From: Nostoc sp. DedSLP01
Lineage (GTDB): Bacteria; Cyanobacteriota; Cyanobacteriia; Cyanobacteriales; Nostocaceae
DNA length: 64,000 nucleotides
Direction of reading: 5' to 3'
Assembly: GCA_034530875.2 (NCBI GenBank)
Contig: JAVRCJ020000021.1
Coordinates: 64,001 to 128,000, forward strand
A model generated the notes under the pieces. The model ran no database searches. It saw only the letters and a program-made list of their open reading frames with translations, and was not told where the DNA came from. How positions within the stretch are numbered: the stretch's first letter is position 1; the number at the start of each line of letters is the position of its first letter. This document shows, piece after piece, positions 1 through 10,641 of this stretch. The position numbers were made by a program, and so were the translations under genes.

Positions 1-838
1 ATTGTGGCTAGAATAATTTTTCGCCTGTTGAATACGATACCGTATTTATAGCTTTTTTTTAAATCCTGTAAGATTACATACTTAAAAAAAACAACCTTTG
101 GGCGTATTGTTTTTCAAGTTTAGATAGCATACAGGCATTTGATTAGTTTCTCTTAACTCAGCAGGAAAATCGAAACTATTAAATTTTCTGGTCAATCGAG
201 CTATCATAACAAAAAATTTTATTGTTAAGACTTTAAGAGTCAGCCCTGAGAATCTAGAATGAATCGGATTATAACTAGGGAATTAATACTGGGTTGAATC
301 TAATACTATATTTATAAAACACGCGGTTTTATTGAGATACGGAAATAAGTCAGAGGCGTGATTTCTAGCGATCGCCCAGTAAAACCGTCTCTTATAGCTT
401 ATAGCTCTTGGTATCCCAGAGGCTAACGAACAGCCAGATCTCAGCTCCCTTCTAACCCACAATTAGAGAGACGCAATGAAATTTTAAGTATAAAAAATTA
501 CTACATGTTTTGAGTCTTCCAGCTTCCCAACAGACTAAACTGCTGGAAAATTTCGCCTGAATTGCAATCTGTTTTTTATTTTTTCACAGAGTATTGCACC
601 TAGCTGCCCAGCATTGCCATACTTTAGGTGCGATATCTAAATAGCAAGCTGTCCAGTTTCTAATCGCGGATTGCAAACATTGCAATATCTAGCGGATGCA
701 AACATTGATATATCTAGCTATTGGAACAGTTAAAAGGGTGTAGTCTGTTATGTGTGTTTGTTGCCTAGAAGGTGATTTTAACCTCAGGAAATACAAACAA
801 TCAATTGAAAATACAGTATTTTCCATCTAAAAAAATTT

Positions 839-1540
839 ATGGTTCTTGGTCGTAAATCAGCTGTTTCTACAAAGGATACTGGGTTTTGGCGAAATTCTAT
901 CCTTTCTTTGGGGAGGCGACGACGTTCTGGACGTCTGGAACCAACAGCGCCCAGTGCTTCTGTCCTCGCTCCCCAAGCTGCACCAGTATCTTCTGTCAGA
1001 CGAAAGCGTTCTACAAAAAAATTATCCGTTTCTTCTGCAAATGAGGCAATTGTGCCCCAATCTACGAAAGAGTTGGGCAGACAAGTACTGCCAAATCTCA
1101 ATCACCAGTCGAATGAAACCTATAAGACTCAGGAGATAGGTTTCTCCAGTCTTCCTATCATGCCTGCTTCTGGAGCAACACCATTATGGTTGCTGCGTTT
1201 CTACGCTTTTCATCGTTGTTCGGCAGTTTTGGCATTTTTGTTAGTAGCTACAACTCTTGCGGTTTATGGTTGGACTGTATATTGTCAAGAGCTTTGGAGT
1301 CAGTCATATCGCAGACTACAGAACCTGCAACGTCACGAGCGACTATTAACGACAACTAACGCGACGCTAACAAACAAAATGGCACAGGAAGCAGAACAGC
1401 CAACAACAGGGCTGGTATCGCCAACTCCGGACAAGATGATTTTCTTACCTCCAGCATCTTCAACTCCTGAACCAGCTCCGTCTAATAGAAAATCAAATTC
1501 CCAAACGCAACAACAAACGCTCTCGCCACTGGGGTATTAA
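839..1540 (+). CDS. Cell division protein, FtsL-like (single TM helix plus coiled coil)
   Basis: One hydrophobic helix (SAVLAFLLVATTLAVYGWTVY) followed by a coiled coil (YRRLQNLQRHERLL); lies directly upstream of ftsI, the usual ftsL position. Confidence 0.7.
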   Translation: MVLGRKSAVSTKDTGFWRNSILSLGRRRRSGRLEPTAPSASVLAPQAAPVSSVRRKRSTKKLSVSSANEAIVPQSTKELGRQVLPNLNHQSNETYKTQEIGFSSLPIMPASGATPLWLLRFYAFHRCSAVLAFLLVATTLAVYGWTVYCQELWSQSYRRLQNLQRHERLLTTTNATLTNKMAQEAEQPTTGLVSPTPDKMIFLPPASSTPEPAPSNRKSNSQTQQQTLSPLGY

Positions 1541-1561
1541 GCGATAAGGGGGAAGGGGTAA

Positions 1562-1654
1562 GGGGCAGGAGGCAGGAGGCAGGAGGCAGGAGGCAGGAGG
1601 CAGGAGGCAGGAGGCAGGGGGCAGGGAAAACTAATGACTAATGACTAATGACTA
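1562..1654 (+). repeat. STRR heptamer arrays (GGCAGGA)n then (CTAATGA)n
   Basis: Tandem heptamers read directly; typical of Nostocales intergenic DNA. Confidence 0.9.
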
Positions 1655-1676
1655 AAATGACTAAGGGACAAATCCA

Positions 1677-3515
1677 ATGCAAAAGTCACCAAGTAAAACA
1701 AAATTCCCAAAGTTTCGCCCAGAATCCACAAGGCGGCAGAGGGGTTCTAGAGGCAGGTTTTTTGGGAAATTAGCTTCTAATATCCAAGAGCAAGCATCCA
1801 ATACCAAATCCCGGCTGTTTCTTGTCTGGGGCGTATTAATAGCAGCAGGGTTGGGATTGAGCGTTAAGTTGTATAGCCTGCAAATTACTCAAGGGGCAAA
1901 GTTAACACAGCAGGCACGAAACCAGCAAATGGTAAATTTGCGACCTTTTATGCCGCGTCGTCCGGTGCTCGATCGCAATAATAATGTGTTGGCGATTGAC
2001 CGTCCTGTATACACTTTATACGCTCATCCAAAGCTGTTTGATAAGCCTAATGAAGAAGTAGCAGAGCTGCTTTCCCCAATATTGGCCAAAGATACTCCTG
2101 AGTTGGTGAAGACTTTTGAAGGCAAAAAAAGCGGTATCGTACTTGCGCCAGCGATACCGGAAGAAATTGTCGATCGCATTACTTCTTTGCGCTTAAATGG
2201 CTTAGAGTTAATTCAAAAATATTCCCGCTATTACCCTTCAGACGATTTGGTTGCTGATGTGGTCGGCTACGTGAATGTTGACCGTCGCGGTCAGGCTGGT
2301 GTGGAATATTCTCAAGAGAAGTTACTAGAACGCTACGTACAAACGGTGCGCCTCAGCCGAACGGGTACTGGCGCCATAATGCCAGACCGTGCCCCTGAAG
2401 GTTTTTTACATTTTGATGATTTGCGACTGCAACTGACTATTGATAGCCGTTTGCAACGAATTGCCCGCGCTGCCCTCAAGCAAAAAATGGACGAGTTTAA
2501 GGCCAAACGCGGGGCGGTAATTGTTATGGATGCATTGGATGGTTCTTTACTCGCCCTGGTTTCTCAGCCTACTTATAACCCTAATGAATACGCCAAAGCT
2601 AATATTTCACTGTTTAAAAACTGGACGGTGGCGGATCTTTACGAACCGGGATCGACTTTTAAGCCTTTGAATGTGGCGATCGCTTTGGAAAATAATGTTA
2701 TTAAACCAGATGATATTTTTAATGACTCCGGTTCTATTCGCGTAGCTAATTACACCATTAAAAATGCGATGAACAATGGTTACGGGCCTCTCAGCATCGC
2801 TCAAATCCTGCAAAATTCCAGCAACATTGGCATGGTGCAAATTATCCAGCGATTAAAACCTGCAATCTACTACAACTGGCTAGAACGTTTGGGACTAGGA
2901 CAAAAAGTTGATACAGATTTACCTTTTGAAGTCGGCGGTCGCCTCAAAAGTCAAGAAGAATTTATCGCCTCGCCCATTGAACCAGCTACTACTTCCTTCG
3001 GTCAAGGCTTTTCCATGACGCCAATACAGTTGGTGCAAATGCATGGCGCTTTAGCCAATGGCGGTAAATTAGTTACGCCCCATGTAGTCCGCGGTCTGAT
3101 TGATACCAAAGGACAGATGCACGATTCGCCAGCCCGCACTATCCCACGCCAAATTTTCTCAGCCGCAACAGCTCAAAAGGTCGTGGAAATGATGGAAACT
3201 GTTGTATCTGAAGGCACTGGGAAGGTATCGCAAATTCCCGGCTATCGCATCGCTGGTAAAACCGGTACTGCCCAAAAAGCGAGTCCCAATGGTGGTTACA
3301 TTAAGGGCGCGAGAATCACTAGTTTTGTCGCTATTTTACCGGTAGAATCACCCCGCTATGTAGTGTTTGCATTAGTGGATGAACCAAAAGGAGAAAATGC
3401 TTATGGTTCTACAGTCGCCGCGCCAATTGTCAAGTCGGTGATTGAAGCGCTAATTCCTCTAGAAGAGATTCCGCCAAGTAAAGCAATTGAAGAACAAAAG
3501 CAACCGAATAATTAA
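1677..3515 (+). CDS. ftsI: Class B penicillin-binding protein (FtsI/PBP3 transpeptidase)
   Basis: N-terminal TM; SxxK (EPGSTFK), SxN (SSN) and KTG (GKTGTAQK) motifs. Confidence 0.9.
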   Translation: MQKSPSKTKFPKFRPESTRRQRGSRGRFFGKLASNIQEQASNTKSRLFLVWGVLIAAGLGLSVKLYSLQITQGAKLTQQARNQQMVNLRPFMPRRPVLDRNNNVLAIDRPVYTLYAHPKLFDKPNEEVAELLSPILAKDTPELVKTFEGKKSGIVLAPAIPEEIVDRITSLRLNGLELIQKYSRYYPSDDLVADVVGYVNVDRRGQAGVEYSQEKLLERYVQTVRLSRTGTGAIMPDRAPEGFLHFDDLRLQLTIDSRLQRIARAALKQKMDEFKAKRGAVIVMDALDGSLLALVSQPTYNPNEYAKANISLFKNWTVADLYEPGSTFKPLNVAIALENNVIKPDDIFNDSGSIRVANYTIKNAMNNGYGPLSIAQILQNSSNIGMVQIIQRLKPAIYYNWLERLGLGQKVDTDLPFEVGGRLKSQEEFIASPIEPATTSFGQGFSMTPIQLVQMHGALANGGKLVTPHVVRGLIDTKGQMHDSPARTIPRQIFSAATAQKVVEMMETVVSEGTGKVSQIPGYRIAGKTGTAQKASPNGGYIKGARITSFVAILPVESPRYVVFALVDEPKGENAYGSTVAAPIVKSVIEALIPLEEIPPSKAIEEQKQPNN

Positions 3516-3755
3516 AGAAGTCGCAAGTCGCAAGTACAGTTTTGTAATGGGGATTTAGACCCCACCACAAAACTGACCGGTTATAGAACCGGGGGACAAA
3601 AAAGCCCAGAATTTGGTTAATAAACAATATTCAATGCCTAATATTCTCCTGCAAGAGAACTCCAAAAAATAAATTATTCCAATTTCTAGACTCAATACAA
3701 CTGTTTTTCTCCCCTGCTCCCCTGCTCCCCTGCCCTTCTACCCCCCTGCCATATA

Positions 3756-4871
3756 TCAATCTTCAGGTGAGGTATGAGGTTTGCCCTTAAACGCTGCCAA
3801 TAAAATTAGAAGACCGCCGAATGACAAAATAGGAATGCCTGAAGTTGGTTCGGTTACAGAGACGGATGAAATTGGCGTCAAGAGGAAGGCGCGTAATTCA
3901 CCATTAACTGCGCCACGACCGACAATTTGGCCTTTGTTATTAATGGCAGATGCTGCTGTCAAAGTAAAGCCAGGGTTTGAACCGGGAGCAATCAGGTCGT
4001 TTAAGTCGTACAGAGTATTATCGCTATAAAGAAAAGCCCGCAAACCGTTGCTATCTGTGGTAAAAAAGTCATTGTTATTGCCAGAAAAACCGACTACTTG
4101 ACCCAAATTATTGATTCCCAGACCAACACTGAAGGAATCTGTAGGGCGTAATCTGCCGAGGTCTTGGAGTCCTGTGGTGGAACTGTATAGAAAAGCACGA
4201 CCATCATTTATATCGCTGAGTCCGGAAGTACCAACTACTTGCCCTAAGTCATTAATATTATTTGCTGTGCTGTAGTTGTCACTGGGCAAAGTTCCCAAGT
4301 TAGTAGTTTGGCCGTTTTGGTAGAGAAAAGCTCTGTTTGAATTGAGAATGCCTACTACTTGTCCTGAATTATTTAAATTGTAGGCACCAGCACCAGGAAT
4401 TCCGATGCTGGTGGCGACACCATTGCTATACAAAAAAGCCCCTAGTCCGGTCGATCCTCCTACTATTTGGGTGCGATCGTTAATGCCATAAGGAATAGCA
4501 TTTTCGATCGCCAGGGGTTGGGTGATGCCATTGCTGTAGAGAAAAGGGTTATTTGTAAAGTTTGCACCGACCGAATTACCAACTACTTGCCCTAAGTTAT
4601 TGATACCAGTTACTCCAAGTTCGTTATCGCCGGGTAAGGGACTAATTGTTTTGACGGAACCGTTGCTGTAAAAAAAAGAACTGTTTAAAGAATTAATGGC
4701 TACCTCACCTGAGTCATTGATATCGGTAGCATAACTGTAAGTTTCTCCTGTAAGACTACCTAAGTCAGTAAGGGAGTATAGAGATGCTGCAAATGCCGAC
4801 TTAGATCCAGTAAAAGCGATCGCAGTTAAGGTGACTGCTGTTACACAGGCTTTCCACTTCAGTAAAACCAT
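3756..4871 (-). CDS. Secreted HAF-repeat (DUF3466-like) protein with PEP-CTERM-like tail
   Basis: Signal peptide; repeated 'INNLGQVVG...RAFLY' units; C-terminal VTEP + hydrophobic helix + basic residues. Confidence 0.8.
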   Translation of the reverse strand: MVLLKWKACVTAVTLTAIAFTGSKSAFAASLYSLTDLGSLTGETYSYATDINDSGEVAINSLNSSFFYSNGSVKTISPLPGDNELGVTGINNLGQVVGNSVGANFTNNPFLYSNGITQPLAIENAIPYGINDRTQIVGGSTGLGAFLYSNGVATSIGIPGAGAYNLNNSGQVVGILNSNRAFLYQNGQTTNLGTLPSDNYSTANNINDLGQVVGTSGLSDINDGRAFLYSSTTGLQDLGRLRPTDSFSVGLGINNLGQVVGFSGNNNDFFTTDSNGLRAFLYSDNTLYDLNDLIAPGSNPGFTLTAASAINNKGQIVGRGAVNGELRAFLLTPISSVSVTEPTSGIPILSFGGLLILLAAFKGKPHTSPED

Positions 4872-5056
4872 GTTCTTTTTCTCTGATTTGGCATTACATC
4901 CTAAATTATTACTGAAGAGATACCCTGTCTCTAATTCGTTTTTAGGCTTAATCTTTCTTTATAACCAGGGAAAGAGGTAGAGAACATTACTCGTGTGGGA
5001 ACTTATGTATTAGAAGTGAATCTGATTTTTCACTGTTTAAAGTTACTGAAGATTCC

Positions 5057-6160
5057 ATGCAAAGCAATATAGCTATATTTTCTAACACTGAGGCTGAAAA
5101 AAAGAGTACGCAAAAACAAACAACAGTTACCAATTACGAACGTGCCGAGCAGCAATTTATAGAACTGCTAGCAACAGAGGATTTGGACAATTTACTGGAT
5201 ATAAAACCTGCAAAAGCGAGTGAGTTTCAACAGACGCTTTCTATGGCAATTCGCGCTGCTTATGGAAGCGATCGCTCTGACGAACAAGCTCACCTCTTTG
5301 TTCAGCGGATACTTTATCGAATTAATCGGCGAAACTTGTTTTGGTACGATGATTTGCATAATTATTCCAACGAGCGATCGCTTTATTTGTACTTATGCCG
5401 CGACCAAATTGAAGCTGCTTGGCAAAAGTGGGAACTTGCACAATTAGATGTGGCTGCAATACAAAAATTGGACGCCAAACAGGCTTTGATTGAGCGTGTA
5501 TCTGCCGATTTAGATCCGCAATTATCGCCAAGCAGCCGCTATATCTGTGAAGAAATGACGGAAGCTGGCTATCGCCATTTACTAGCGATCGGCTCTTTTG
5601 ATGGCTTGGTTGAAGCTAGCAATCTCTCCCGGGTTTTGGGTGGTGCTGCTAATGAAGTGCAGTGTACGCTGGTGCGGGTACTACTAGAGGAATACGGCAA
5701 CGGTCGCTTATCTCGCAAGCACTCGACATTTTTTGCCCAAATGTTATCTGAGTTTGGGATGAAAACTGAACCAGAAGCGTATTTTGATTTAGTACCTTGG
5801 GAAGTTTTGGCTTCAACCAATCATAACTTTCTCATGACCGAGCGCAAACGCTATTTCCTGCGTTATGGCGGGGGATTGACCTTTTTTGAAGTGGCTGGGC
5901 CAGCAGTTTATAAAAATTATCTTGTGGCAGCACAACGGCTGGGACTTTCTGATGTTGCAGTGGGTTATTGGGAACTGCACATTCGAGAAGACGAACGCCA
6001 CGGTCGTTGGATGTTAGATGATGTAGCTTTGCCTTTGGTAGAACGATATCCTGATGATGCCTGGGAATTAGTATTAGGGTACGACCAGCAAAAATTCATA
6101 GGCGATCGCGCTGCTGTTGCTGTTGTACGAGCAATACGCCAAGCAGAACAAACTGCCTGA
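5057..6160 (+). CDS. Heme-oxygenase-like diiron oxidase (iron-containing redox enzyme family)
   Basis: Helical protein with EEYGNG...KH, FFE and HIREDERH ligand patterns typical of the family. Confidence 0.8.
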   Translation: MQSNIAIFSNTEAEKKSTQKQTTVTNYERAEQQFIELLATEDLDNLLDIKPAKASEFQQTLSMAIRAAYGSDRSDEQAHLFVQRILYRINRRNLFWYDDLHNYSNERSLYLYLCRDQIEAAWQKWELAQLDVAAIQKLDAKQALIERVSADLDPQLSPSSRYICEEMTEAGYRHLLAIGSFDGLVEASNLSRVLGGAANEVQCTLVRVLLEEYGNGRLSRKHSTFFAQMLSEFGMKTEPEAYFDLVPWEVLASTNHNFLMTERKRYFLRYGGGLTFFEVAGPAVYKNYLVAAQRLGLSDVAVGYWELHIREDERHGRWMLDDVALPLVERYPDDAWELVLGYDQQKFIGDRAAVAVVRAIRQAEQTA

Positions 6161-6374
6161 TTCACCTAAGAAATCGCAAAATTAAAAATTCAAAAATAGC
6201 AAATATTTTCTAGCATTTTAATTTGGCATTTTTCAGCCATTTTAGTGCTAATTCATCATCCAAAATAATTTCTTTAGCAAATTAATTTGCTAAAGAAACA
6301 CTTTTTACTGCTTATATCTAAGCTAGTAATATTAACCCTCAACTAACCATACATTATTATCGAGTTAAAGTCAA

Positions 6375-7070
6375 ATGAAAGATATCTTTTTTTGCCCTGA
6401 AGAATCTAATTTTTACTCCAACTGCTTAGAAAATTTTGTCATCAGAAATAGTCAAGATTACAAATCGGTAGTTGAATTTGGTTCTGGGGATGGTAGTCCT
6501 GTAATTAATTCTTTGTTGAGAAATAAGTTTGATGGAGTAATTCAGGGATTTGAATTAAATACTTCTGCATGGAAAGCTGCAAATTTAACTATTGATGAAT
6601 ACAAGCTCAGCGATAAATATATAATCCACAATTCATCTTTGTTTGAATCTTCCCAACCTGAAGCAGAGTATCTTGTGGCTAATCCGCCATATCTCCCTGC
6701 ACCTGATAATGATATATATATGCCACTCTTATTCGGTGGTGAAGATGGAGCAACAATTACTAACGAGCTTTTGACGTTAGGTTATGAAAATGTGTTGCTT
6801 TTAGTATCTAGCTATTCTAATCCTACAAGTACGCTCAAACTAGCAAAAGAATATGGTTATTGCGTAGATAAATTTATAGTTTTGCCTTTGCAATTCGGCT
6901 ACTATAGCTCTGAACCTAAAGTCAAGAACCACATAGAAAATTTACGTAAAAATAAAATGGCATTTTATTCGGGAAATTATTATTTTTTAGCTGGTGTTTT
7001 ATTTAAAAAGCATCAAGAACCGCAAGTTGATTTATCTCATGAATTAGCACATATCATGACTAGTTTATAA
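6375..7070 (+). CDS. Class I SAM-dependent methyltransferase (HemK-like, NPPY)
   Basis: Motif I VEFGSGDG and motif IV ANPPY. Confidence 0.85.
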   Translation: MKDIFFCPEESNFYSNCLENFVIRNSQDYKSVVEFGSGDGSPVINSLLRNKFDGVIQGFELNTSAWKAANLTIDEYKLSDKYIIHNSSLFESSQPEAEYLVANPPYLPAPDNDIYMPLLFGGEDGATITNELLTLGYENVLLLVSSYSNPTSTLKLAKEYGYCVDKFIVLPLQFGYYSSEPKVKNHIENLRKNKMAFYSGNYYFLAGVLFKKHQEPQVDLSHELAHIMTSL

Positions 7071-7336
7071 ACAAAATTCAAAATGTTTATTACTGTTGTT
7101 GCAGTAACGATGTCTACGAAAGACTACGCTCAATCTTTCTAGTTCTGACTCTGCAACTTCAGCACGTTGGCATTGTAATTGAACTTTGTCTTTTCTCTCC
7201 CCTTGGCTCGTTTTTTACTTGAAAGTCTCTAATTGCTTTCCCGATTATATTCCGTATTTATACAGAGTTCTTCTTTATCAAATTTTTGTTGAATCATAAT
7301 AGAGCTTAAGAGTCTTACGATCGGGATTGCTTTAAA

Positions 7337-8023
7337 ATGTATCAAATTGACCCACCGCGATCGCCAAAAGATGTGTTGCCGACCATGTACGATCTTCCCA
7401 GCAAAGATCCTAACGAGCCTGGTTTGCTCGATCGCTTTCATCAGTTGCAACCTCGTCTGTTAAACGAAACCTTTTGTCCGCAAAATTACCCTAGTGACAA
7501 GATATTTGTTGCTAGCAATTTGAATCTTTATTACGATCCGCGCCATCATAACTGGCACAAGCAGCCAGATTGGTTTGCTGTGTTGGGTGTTTCCCGTCTC
7601 TACGAACAGCGGGATTTACGCTTAAGCTATGTCATTTGGCAAGAGGGAGTCGATCCTTTTATCGTGGTTGAGTTGCTGTCTCCCAGCACTGAAAAAGAAG
7701 ATTTAGGGCAAACATTGCGCGATATCGAACAACCGCCAGGAAAATGGGAAGTTTACGAGCAGATTCTCCGAGTTCCTTATTATGTAGTATTCGATCGCGA
7801 TCGAGATCGGTTTAGAGTGTTTAAGTTAAATGGTGCGCGTTATGCTGAAGTGACACTTTCAGAGTCGCGTTTCTGGATACCAGAGTTGCAATTAGGCTTA
7901 GGTGTATGGCAAGGACGCTATCAAGATATAGAACAGCCTTGGTTACGCTGGTACGATTGGACGGGTTGCTGGATATTGACTGCTACAGAACAAAACAAGC
8001 AACGCGCTGAATCAGAAAAATAA
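7337..8023 (+). CDS. Uma2 family putative endonuclease (C-terminal tail apparently truncated)
   Basis: LPTMYDLPS, QPDWFAV, VVELLSPST motifs. Confidence 0.85.
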   Translation: MYQIDPPRSPKDVLPTMYDLPSKDPNEPGLLDRFHQLQPRLLNETFCPQNYPSDKIFVASNLNLYYDPRHHNWHKQPDWFAVLGVSRLYEQRDLRLSYVIWQEGVDPFIVVELLSPSTEKEDLGQTLRDIEQPPGKWEVYEQILRVPYYVVFDRDRDRFRVFKLNGARYAEVTLSESRFWIPELQLGLGVWQGRYQDIEQPWLRWYDWTGCWILTATEQNKQRAESEK

Positions 8024-8079
8024 CTTTTTCAAAGGTCGATGGCATTGAACCCGATGTAGATTAATTTTTAGCGAGATAG

Positions 8080-8283
8080 CTATTCGGGCTTTTTGTGCCA
8101 ATGTCCATCGTCGCCTTTTTCGTAATCGCGCTTGACTGCACTCCAAGCAACACGAAAAGCACTTTCTTCTTTACCATACTCTTCTAGAGCGCTGTTAAAA
8201 GCAGCCCGAAAAATTTCTTGGGCGTGTTTTGGTAAGTTATCTTTTACTGAATCTGGTAAATCTTCAATTTGTTGATAAGGCAT
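8080..8283 (-). CDS. chaB: ChaB family protein
   Basis: MPY..DLPDSVK.NLPKHAQEIFRAAFN...AWSAVK signature. Confidence 0.9.
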   Translation of the reverse strand: MPYQQIEDLPDSVKDNLPKHAQEIFRAAFNSALEEYGKEESAFRVAWSAVKRDYEKGDDGHWHKKPE

Positions 8284-8751
8284 AAATCATGATTAATTTG
8301 TAAGTAAGGATTCAGGAGTCAGGATTCAGGAGTCAGAATAATTAAAGAATCATACCAAGCTTTGATTAATATCTTAATTCTACTGAAATTATTATAAATT
8401 CTGAGTTTTGAACGGCAGTTGCTTTATGCCGGGAAACCCATCCACCGCACTACCTCCTCCTGAGTGCTGAATTCTTAGATTTGTAATTCAATAAATATTG
8501 AGTATGGTGGCGCGATCGGACTAATAAATTGATAAAGAAAGTCTTCATTCAATATTTTAGTCTTATCGCGCCAATGAGATATTTACCTAGTTTAAAACTG
8601 TGAATTTAAACTCAGGTAATAAGCATTTTCATGCTACTCTAAAGATTTTTTCTTAGCTATTGGTTATTAGCTATTCAAAAATGACAAACACAAAGAATTA
8701 ATTTTTTAAACAAGGTACAATTTCATCGACCTTATTGAAAGGTGATAGTAC

Positions 8752-9195
8752 CTAAAAACTAATTTTTTGTGGCTTAAAACTTGATACACTATCCCAATAG
8801 TTAACCTCCCGAATGTTAACTTTGAGCAAAGCAATATTACTTTCATCCAGCCCTTTAGGAAACCAAGTTTGCAGTTCGGGTTTCCATAATTCTCGCATCT
8901 TGTTGCGGTCTGTTACAAGTTGCGAGCTACCTGAAATAGAAACGAAACGTTGCTGTTCGGGTGACACGAAGGTGACATTGACTTGTGGATAGTTTTCAAC
9001 TTCAGTAACCTTATGAGAATCTGCATAGGTAAAGAACCAAAGTGTGGCGTCAGAGCTAATATCGCCACTCCTTGACATAGGATAACTATGCAGACTGCCA
9101 TCGCTATCTACTGTGGTGAACATTCCATAATCAATATTTTTGATTAGTTCGCGCAACTTTCCAATCTCTTGTCCGCGTTCTGTAGAAGTTGTCAT
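8752..9195 (-). CDS. General stress protein 26 / pyridoxamine 5'-phosphate oxidase-like flavin-binding protein
   Basis: GMFTTVD..GSLHS.PM, LWFFT, WFPKG motifs. Confidence 0.85.
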   Translation of the reverse strand: MTTSTERGQEIGKLRELIKNIDYGMFTTVDSDGSLHSYPMSRSGDISSDATLWFFTYADSHKVTEVENYPQVNVTFVSPEQQRFVSISGSSQLVTDRNKMRELWKPELQTWFPKGLDESNIALLKVNIREVNYWDSVSSFKPQKISF

Positions 9196-9462
9196 TGGCT
9201 GTACTCTTTGCTATTGTATTTTTGAGAATGTAACTTTTGATTACAACCAGATTTCCAAGTGGGAACCTCTTTTTTAATTTTAAAGTTTTTAGTTTTAATT
9301 ACCTGAGTCTAGAGGTTGACTTATACTAACTGATTAACTCTTTTAGTTATATCCAAAGAGATATTATTTAAGAATAAGATGTAACTGTAAGCTGCTTATG
9401 ATGTAAGCTCTGTGTTAGCAAGAATCTGACGATAACAAAGTGATTTATGCGCTTCTTTCTTG

Positions 9463-9638
9463 AGAGGTTGTTTTAAAAGTAGTTGGTTGTGATTTTAATC
9501 ACATTTTTACCTCCCTTAATCCTCCCTTGGAAAGAGGGGGAGACTAGATAATCCAGTTCCCTCCCTTTTCCAAGGGGAGGATTAAGGCGGGGTAAACAAA
9601 TATTTGATACACTACTACAGACTTTTCAAACATCCTCT
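9463..9638 (+). mobile_element. MITE-like element, family A (TIR AGAGGTTGTTTGAAAAGT-like)
   Basis: Imperfect 18-bp terminal inverted repeats and internal hairpins; related copies at 43416 and 53871. Confidence 0.75.
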
Positions 9639-9859
9639 GAGATAGATTTTTTGGATTTGCACTCAATTTAAATTAATTATGTAATTTTAGACTGATGAAT
9701 CTAGCCATTAGCTTAACTGCGTTTAAATTGTCAGGGCTATCTTGGAAGTCTAATTCAGCTGTGTTGTGACTTTTATAATTAAATTTCACGAAATACAATT
9801 ATTATCTAATTTTAGAATTGCGTAGGCTAACAAAGAGCGTAGGCATCGCGCCCTAAAAA

Positions 9860-10417
9860 TTAAACTAATTCTGCTTCTTCAAATATCTGCTTTGTTGTTA
9901 ATTCCAAACCTGGGAGTATCGTATCTACAATGGGCGTATCATCCGTATAAACTTGAATTGATCCATCAGACAGAAAAACTCTAATACTCATAACTTCTGG
10001 ATCTATCACCCAAACTCTAGGCACGCCCGCAGTTAAATAATCCTTCGCTTTCTCTTCAAATTCCGTTATTGTCTGGTCTGGAGAGATAATTTCAATTACC
10101 AATTCTGGAATTGCCGGACAAGCTTCATTAAGCTTCCAACTTTTGGGTAAACGTTCGTAAGATATGTATGTCAAATCTGGTAAAGGTGCCCAATCTTTAC
10201 CTTGAAGTTTTAAAAGAATCGCCCACTCTGCACATACTCTACCTTTGCCTTTGCACCATGTATGAATGAGGATTAGTAAGGCAGCTTGTAAAGCTGAATG
10301 GAAAAATTTTGGAGACACTTTAGGGACTGCTTGGCCATCAACAAACTCATAGTATACATCTCCTTCTGGAAGGCTTAGAAACTCTTTTAAAGTAAGTTGA
10401 CCTGTTATGTTAACCAT
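9860..10417 (-). CDS. Uma2 family putative endonuclease
   Basis: LTLKEFL.LPE, YEFVDG, PLPDLTY, PELVIEIISP, VWVIDP motifs; ATG at 10417 preferred. Confidence 0.9.
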   Translation of the reverse strand: MVNITGQLTLKEFLSLPEGDVYYEFVDGQAVPKVSPKFFHSALQAALLILIHTWCKGKGRVCAEWAILLKLQGKDWAPLPDLTYISYERLPKSWKLNEACPAIPELVIEIISPDQTITEFEEKAKDYLTAGVPRVWVIDPEVMSIRVFLSDGSIQVYTDDTPIVDTILPGLELTTKQIFEEAELV

Positions 10418-10641
10418 AAGCTGTATAAGATAGTGGCTAATACACATATCCTACATGGGAAACAGTAGGTGTGGTATGGCTGTTAAATCTTATATGAAAC
10501 CAAAGCAGCAGGCGACGGTGTTATCAAGCTCAATCAAACTTAACTGCAATTGGTGTCTTGTGTCTGCCCCCAAAAATCCCCTTTCTTCGCGGATAAGCGT
10601 ACACCAGACACCGCTAGACACCAGCTAATTTATCACTTTGC

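Noticed and set aside
6375..7070. DNA methyltransferase of a restriction-modification system
   Set aside because: Short protein with no evident target-recognition domain; HemK-like layout; Uma2 genes are abundant in cyanobacteria and need not be partners
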